Source: Promethearchaeota archaeon (GTDB lineage Archaea; Asgardarchaeota; Lokiarchaeia; Sigyniarchaeales; SOKP01). Taken from it: a stretch of DNA of 64,000 nt. This document shows, piece after piece, positions 60,633 to 64,000 of the stretch. Each line of letters begins with the position of its first letter. Position 1 is the stretch's first letter. The position numbers and the translations under genes are program-made. The notes below the pieces were generated by a model. That model had not been told where the DNA came from and ran no database searches. It saw nothing but the letters and a program-made list of their open reading frames with translations. Location: contig JAEOTZ010000058.1 in NCBI GenBank assembly GCA_016839585.1, positions 32,001 through 96,000 on the forward strand, read 5' to 3'.

Positions 60633-60839
60633 TCATTTATTTAGGACTAGTTTCGCAAAATATTCAAAATCTCTATTATATGACTTTTCAGCTTCTTTAG
60701 AGATTTTGGAAAAAATGCATCCCGGCAACTCATTCATCGAAAGATGATATTCTATACATTCGCAACATTTTCCTCTTCTACTGCAATCATAAGTACACGA
60801 ACATCTATTTTTTATTTCTTCTTGTTTACATTCTGTCAT
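60633..60839 (-). CDS. small Cys-rich protein (DUF6485-like)
   Basis: CSCTYDCSRRGKCCECIEYH..ELPGCIF..EAEKSYNR. Confidence 0.75.
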   Translation of the reverse strand: MTECKQEEIKNRCSCTYDCSRRGKCCECIEYHLSMNELPGCIFSKISKEAEKSYNRDFEYFAKLVLNK

Positions 60840-60991
60840 AACTTAATCGATTAATTTGTATATGAGTATAGAAATTATAGAATTTAAATTAATCATACTT
60901 TAAAAAAATTAATTGTATTGGAAAATAGTTGGAATTAATCATTTTAATTTAAAAATTTCGATAAAAAAAAAGAAATTTATTTTAATTGATC

Positions 60992-63106
60992 TTACTTCTT
61001 ATTTACCTTTTTTATTAGTATTATAGAAATTGCGAATATTGCGCCAAATAAAATTAGTACGTTGTATCCAGGAATTAGAGGAGAACCATCGCTAGGAGAT
61101 TGGCTAGACCATCTTAAATCATATTCATTTCCTGCATCGCCCCAACAAATTAAAAGATAGTAGGTTCCACTCGAAGGAACAATAGTGTTAACGGTTTCAT
61201 TATCAGTAGTAGACCAACCTGCCGTTATTAAAGTAAGAGAGGCGTCATAAACATCAATGTCAATATCTCCCGCTGCGTGAGAAAAAGTGAGCTCTATTCT
61301 CAAATGCTCATTTCCTTCTGTAATATAAATTTCATACCAGTCATCATCCGCCTGAACACCAAGTCCATCAATCGTACTCAGCCATATTCCTTCATAGGAT
61401 GAAAGATCATACGCTTGAGTATAATCGTTATTTGGTTCATAATTATCATCAGTGGGACCTGTAGATAGTATATCATCCCACCATAAATCATATTCATTAC
61501 CTAGATTCCCATAATAAACTAAAAGATAGTAGGTACCACTCGAAGGGACAATATAGTTGATATATTCATTATCAGTAACAGACCAACTTCCCGTTATTAA
61601 AGTAAGAGAGGTGTCATAAACATCAAGGTCAATATCACCCTCACTATGAGTAAAAGTCAAATCTACTACCAAGCGTTCATATCCAGGAGTAATATAAATT
61701 TCATACCAATCTTCATCTGACTGAAATCCAGGTCCATCAATCGTACTCAGCCATGTTTGTTCGTCTGATGAAAGGTCATACGCCTGTGTATAATCGTCAT
61801 TTTCTTCATAATTATCATCTGGGAGATTAGCATAATAAGTTAATAGAAATTCATCCCATGACAAATCAGCAGTGAAATTTAATATTGTTTCATAATTACT
61901 ATCGTAATCCCCGATATTTCCTGGATAATAAATGGTAGTTCCATGAAAACCTGGATGGTAAGATCCATGTGCTTCAGCTATCGTCATTGAATTAATAGCA
62001 TTCATAATATCTTGTGCAGCATTCTGAATAACAGTATCTGAAATTCGATTATAAATTTGATATGAAAAATTGTATAAATCAACATAAGTTAAATCATAAT
62101 ATGATGCATCACTCGACCCTCTAGCAGCTCGTATATCAGTTATATACGTGCCAATTTTAGAGGTTAATTCTAGTGCTAGTGATTCGATTGCGGTCGATAA
62201 AGTACTTTCTTGTAATAGATCTACAGCCGATAAAGTTTCAATACCATCAGTGCCATAATATTCGATGTACCTATTTACTATTGTGCTTCCAGTAGAATTT
62301 GGACTCATAGTTGGAGTGCTTGTTAAATCACTTAGAATTGTGTCATAAGGCCATCCGTCTAATGGTATAACTTCCTCAGAAGCGACGCGTACTTGTGCTA
62401 AATTTCTTAGTTGGTAGTCGATTTCTACATTTGCCATTAAACAGGCATCAAAACCAAGTACGTCAATATATACTCCTGCTGTAGAAAGAGCGATTTCTAC
62501 TTCTTGGATTGTAAGATGATCAAAATTAGTGTCATCATAACATACGCCTTTAAAGAGGGGATCATTTTTTTCTTCATGCCCTTTCCAACCAGCTCCATGA
62601 TCCCATAACACTAATGCATAATGGTCTGATGGATAATTTGCAACACCCCAAGTAATAAAATTAGAAAGGGTAGATGACAGTCCCATATTTTGTTCCCCCA
62701 GATCAGATAAGGCATTAGCTGCAGCTGGAGTCATTCCTGGAATGATATAAAATCTTTTTGTTGTTACCCAGTTATCGTAAGATGTGTCATATCCTGAAAT
62801 TCTATCAAATTGTACAACAATATGAATATTAGCATCTGAACCAACAGACGACATTTCTAAAAAGTCACTAATACCATCAGCTTCTAGGTTATTATCTGCA
62901 TCTAAATAGACCAAAAAAGTCCAGTCATTTGGAGATTTACCATTAGTATTCACTATTTTATCTTCTTGAATCAATTGTTCATTTAAATTTCCAACGGTTC
63001 CGTATACTATCGTTGCTACAATATTAAAAATAAGAAGTAATACTAAATATTTTACAATTTTTTTATAGATTTTTGCTGATTTTATAAGATAATTATTGTA
63101 CTTCAA
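60992..63106 (-). CDS. secreted clostripain-family (C11) cysteine peptidase with two PPC-like repeats and C-terminal IPGY+TM sorting tail
   Basis: N-terminal signal/TM; WTFLVYLDADNNL, WDHGAGW, FDACLM; IPGYNVLILFGAIFAISIILIKK. Confidence 0.9.
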   Translation of the reverse strand: MKYNNYLIKSAKIYKKIVKYLVLLLIFNIVATIVYGTVGNLNEQLIQEDKIVNTNGKSPNDWTFLVYLDADNNLEADGISDFLEMSSVGSDANIHIVVQFDRISGYDTSYDNWVTTKRFYIIPGMTPAAANALSDLGEQNMGLSSTLSNFITWGVANYPSDHYALVLWDHGAGWKGHEEKNDPLFKGVCYDDTNFDHLTIQEVEIALSTAGVYIDVLGFDACLMANVEIDYQLRNLAQVRVASEEVIPLDGWPYDTILSDLTSTPTMSPNSTGSTIVNRYIEYYGTDGIETLSAVDLLQESTLSTAIESLALELTSKIGTYITDIRAARGSSDASYYDLTYVDLYNFSYQIYNRISDTVIQNAAQDIMNAINSMTIAEAHGSYHPGFHGTTIYYPGNIGDYDSNYETILNFTADLSWDEFLLTYYANLPDDNYEENDDYTQAYDLSSDEQTWLSTIDGPGFQSDEDWYEIYITPGYERLVVDLTFTHSEGDIDLDVYDTSLTLITGSWSVTDNEYINYIVPSSGTYYLLVYYGNLGNEYDLWWDDILSTGPTDDNYEPNNDYTQAYDLSSYEGIWLSTIDGLGVQADDDWYEIYITEGNEHLRIELTFSHAAGDIDIDVYDASLTLITAGWSTTDNETVNTIVPSSGTYYLLICWGDAGNEYDLRWSSQSPSDGSPLIPGYNVLILFGAIFAISIILIKKVNKK
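61109..61819 (-). repeat. intragenic tandem duplication (2 x 342 bp, 114 aa)
   Basis: Units 61478-61819 and 61109-61450 both read DDNYE.N.DYTQAYDLSS...GNEYDL.W. Confidence 0.9.
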
Positions 63107-63246
63107 AAATATAAATCTAGTATTTTTATTAAAAGTGCAATATTAATTCTTTATAATTGTAGTATTAATTTTCTTATGAGTGATTAATAAAAAGAACTAG
63201 GTGCTTAATTAAACATATTTAGTACGTTTTTTGAGGTAATAGTTTA

Positions 63247-64000
63247 ATGCAAAATGAGATCTTAGAACCTTCTGATTTATTAGATAATAATGGTGAATTA
63301 ATTCAAAAAGGGTGGGCACGTAAACTATTACTTAAGTATGATCGCACAAAAATTAAAGCTGGATGGCTTAGAATCAAAGAATGGGATTATTATGCAATTT
63401 TAAATCCCGAATATGGGGTAACGTTTACCTTTTCAGATTTAGGATATGCTGGGCTAATTGCAGCTGTGTGGTTAGATTTTAAAGAGAGAGTTTTCATACC
63501 TGATGAAATAATAGTCTGGTTCACTAAGGGGCATTTGAATTTACCTAGCTCCTCTGAAACTGGAGATATCAATTTTTCTGAAAAAGGAAATACACTTTTA
63601 ATTAAAAAAGAAGAAGATAGACGTATTATTAACTTTAATTTTCCCAATTTCGACAATGGTCGAGGAATTGAAGCAAGTTTAGTATTATATCAAGATCCTA
63701 ATATGGACACAATGGTAATTGCTACTCCATGGAAAGAAAAACCAACAAGGTTTTACTACAATCAAAAAATCAATTGTATGCCCACTCAGGGATTTGTGCA
63801 ATTAGGTAACCAGAAATACGATTTCACTGATTATAACAGTTTTGGAGTCTTGGATTGGGGGAGAGGAGTATGGACTTATAAAAATACATGGTATTGGGGT
63901 TCTGCTTCAGGAAAATTAGAAGATGGTATTCCAATTGGGTGGAATATAGGATATGGATTTAGTGATAGATCCTATGCTACTGAAAACGTGATTTTTTATG
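63247..64000 (+). CDS. DUF2804 family protein (3'-truncated by window edge; absent from ORF track)
   Basis: MQNEILEPSDLLDNNGELIQKGWAR..RIKEWDYY..FYYNQKINCM..LDWGRGVW..WYWGS; GAGGT RBS. Confidence 0.85.
   Translation, partial: MQNEILEPSDLLDNNGELIQKGWARKLLLKYDRTKIKAGWLRIKEWDYYAILNPEYGVTFTFSDLGYAGLIAAVWLDFKERVFIPDEIIVWFTKGHLNLPSSSETGDINFSEKGNTLLIKKEEDRRIINFNFPNFDNGRGIEASLVLYQDPNMDTMVIATPWKEKPTRFYYNQKINCMPTQGFVQLGNQKYDFTDYNSFGVLDWGRGVWTYKNTWYWGSASGKLEDGIPIGWNIGYGFSDRSYATENVIFY

Noticed and set aside
1-64000. tRNA, rRNA, CRISPR arrays, transposases or integrases
   Set aside because: None recognised by eye; short or divergent elements could have been missed without covariance or repeat searches

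Overview
AT-rich chromosomal window that is most likely from an Asgard archaeon of the Lokiarchaeia type. This is inferred from gene content: an actin-related protein, a roadblock/LC7 protein, an MglA-like small GTPase, WD40/LRR/TPR proteins, an IPGY+TM C-terminal sorting tail, an archaeal RNase P RNA and gyrAB. Positions ~0.6-8.4 kb are an accessory, decaying island carrying a putative polymorphic toxin (embedded S26 peptidase plus HNH-like tip) followed by an LRR candidate immunity gene. It is followed by an actin-related protein cluster with catalytically degenerate CHAT and PLD-like partners, housekeeping genes (DEAD-box helicase, gyrBA, folP/cofE, asnS-gatA-gatB, hppA, rnpB, glnA), an MscS/CorA cluster and acyl-CoA metabolism genes. 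The top finding is that the small GTPase gene at 18655-19299 is interrupted by a 30-nt stop-containing insert (18778-18807). Its flanks fold into a canonical bulge-helix-bulge (3-nt bulge / 4-bp helix / 3-nt bulge), and cutting at the standard splicing-endonuclease positions removes the stop and restores the frame. This points to a tRNA-type intron in an mRNA for a signalling GTPase. All calls come from manual motif reading; no database search was run.
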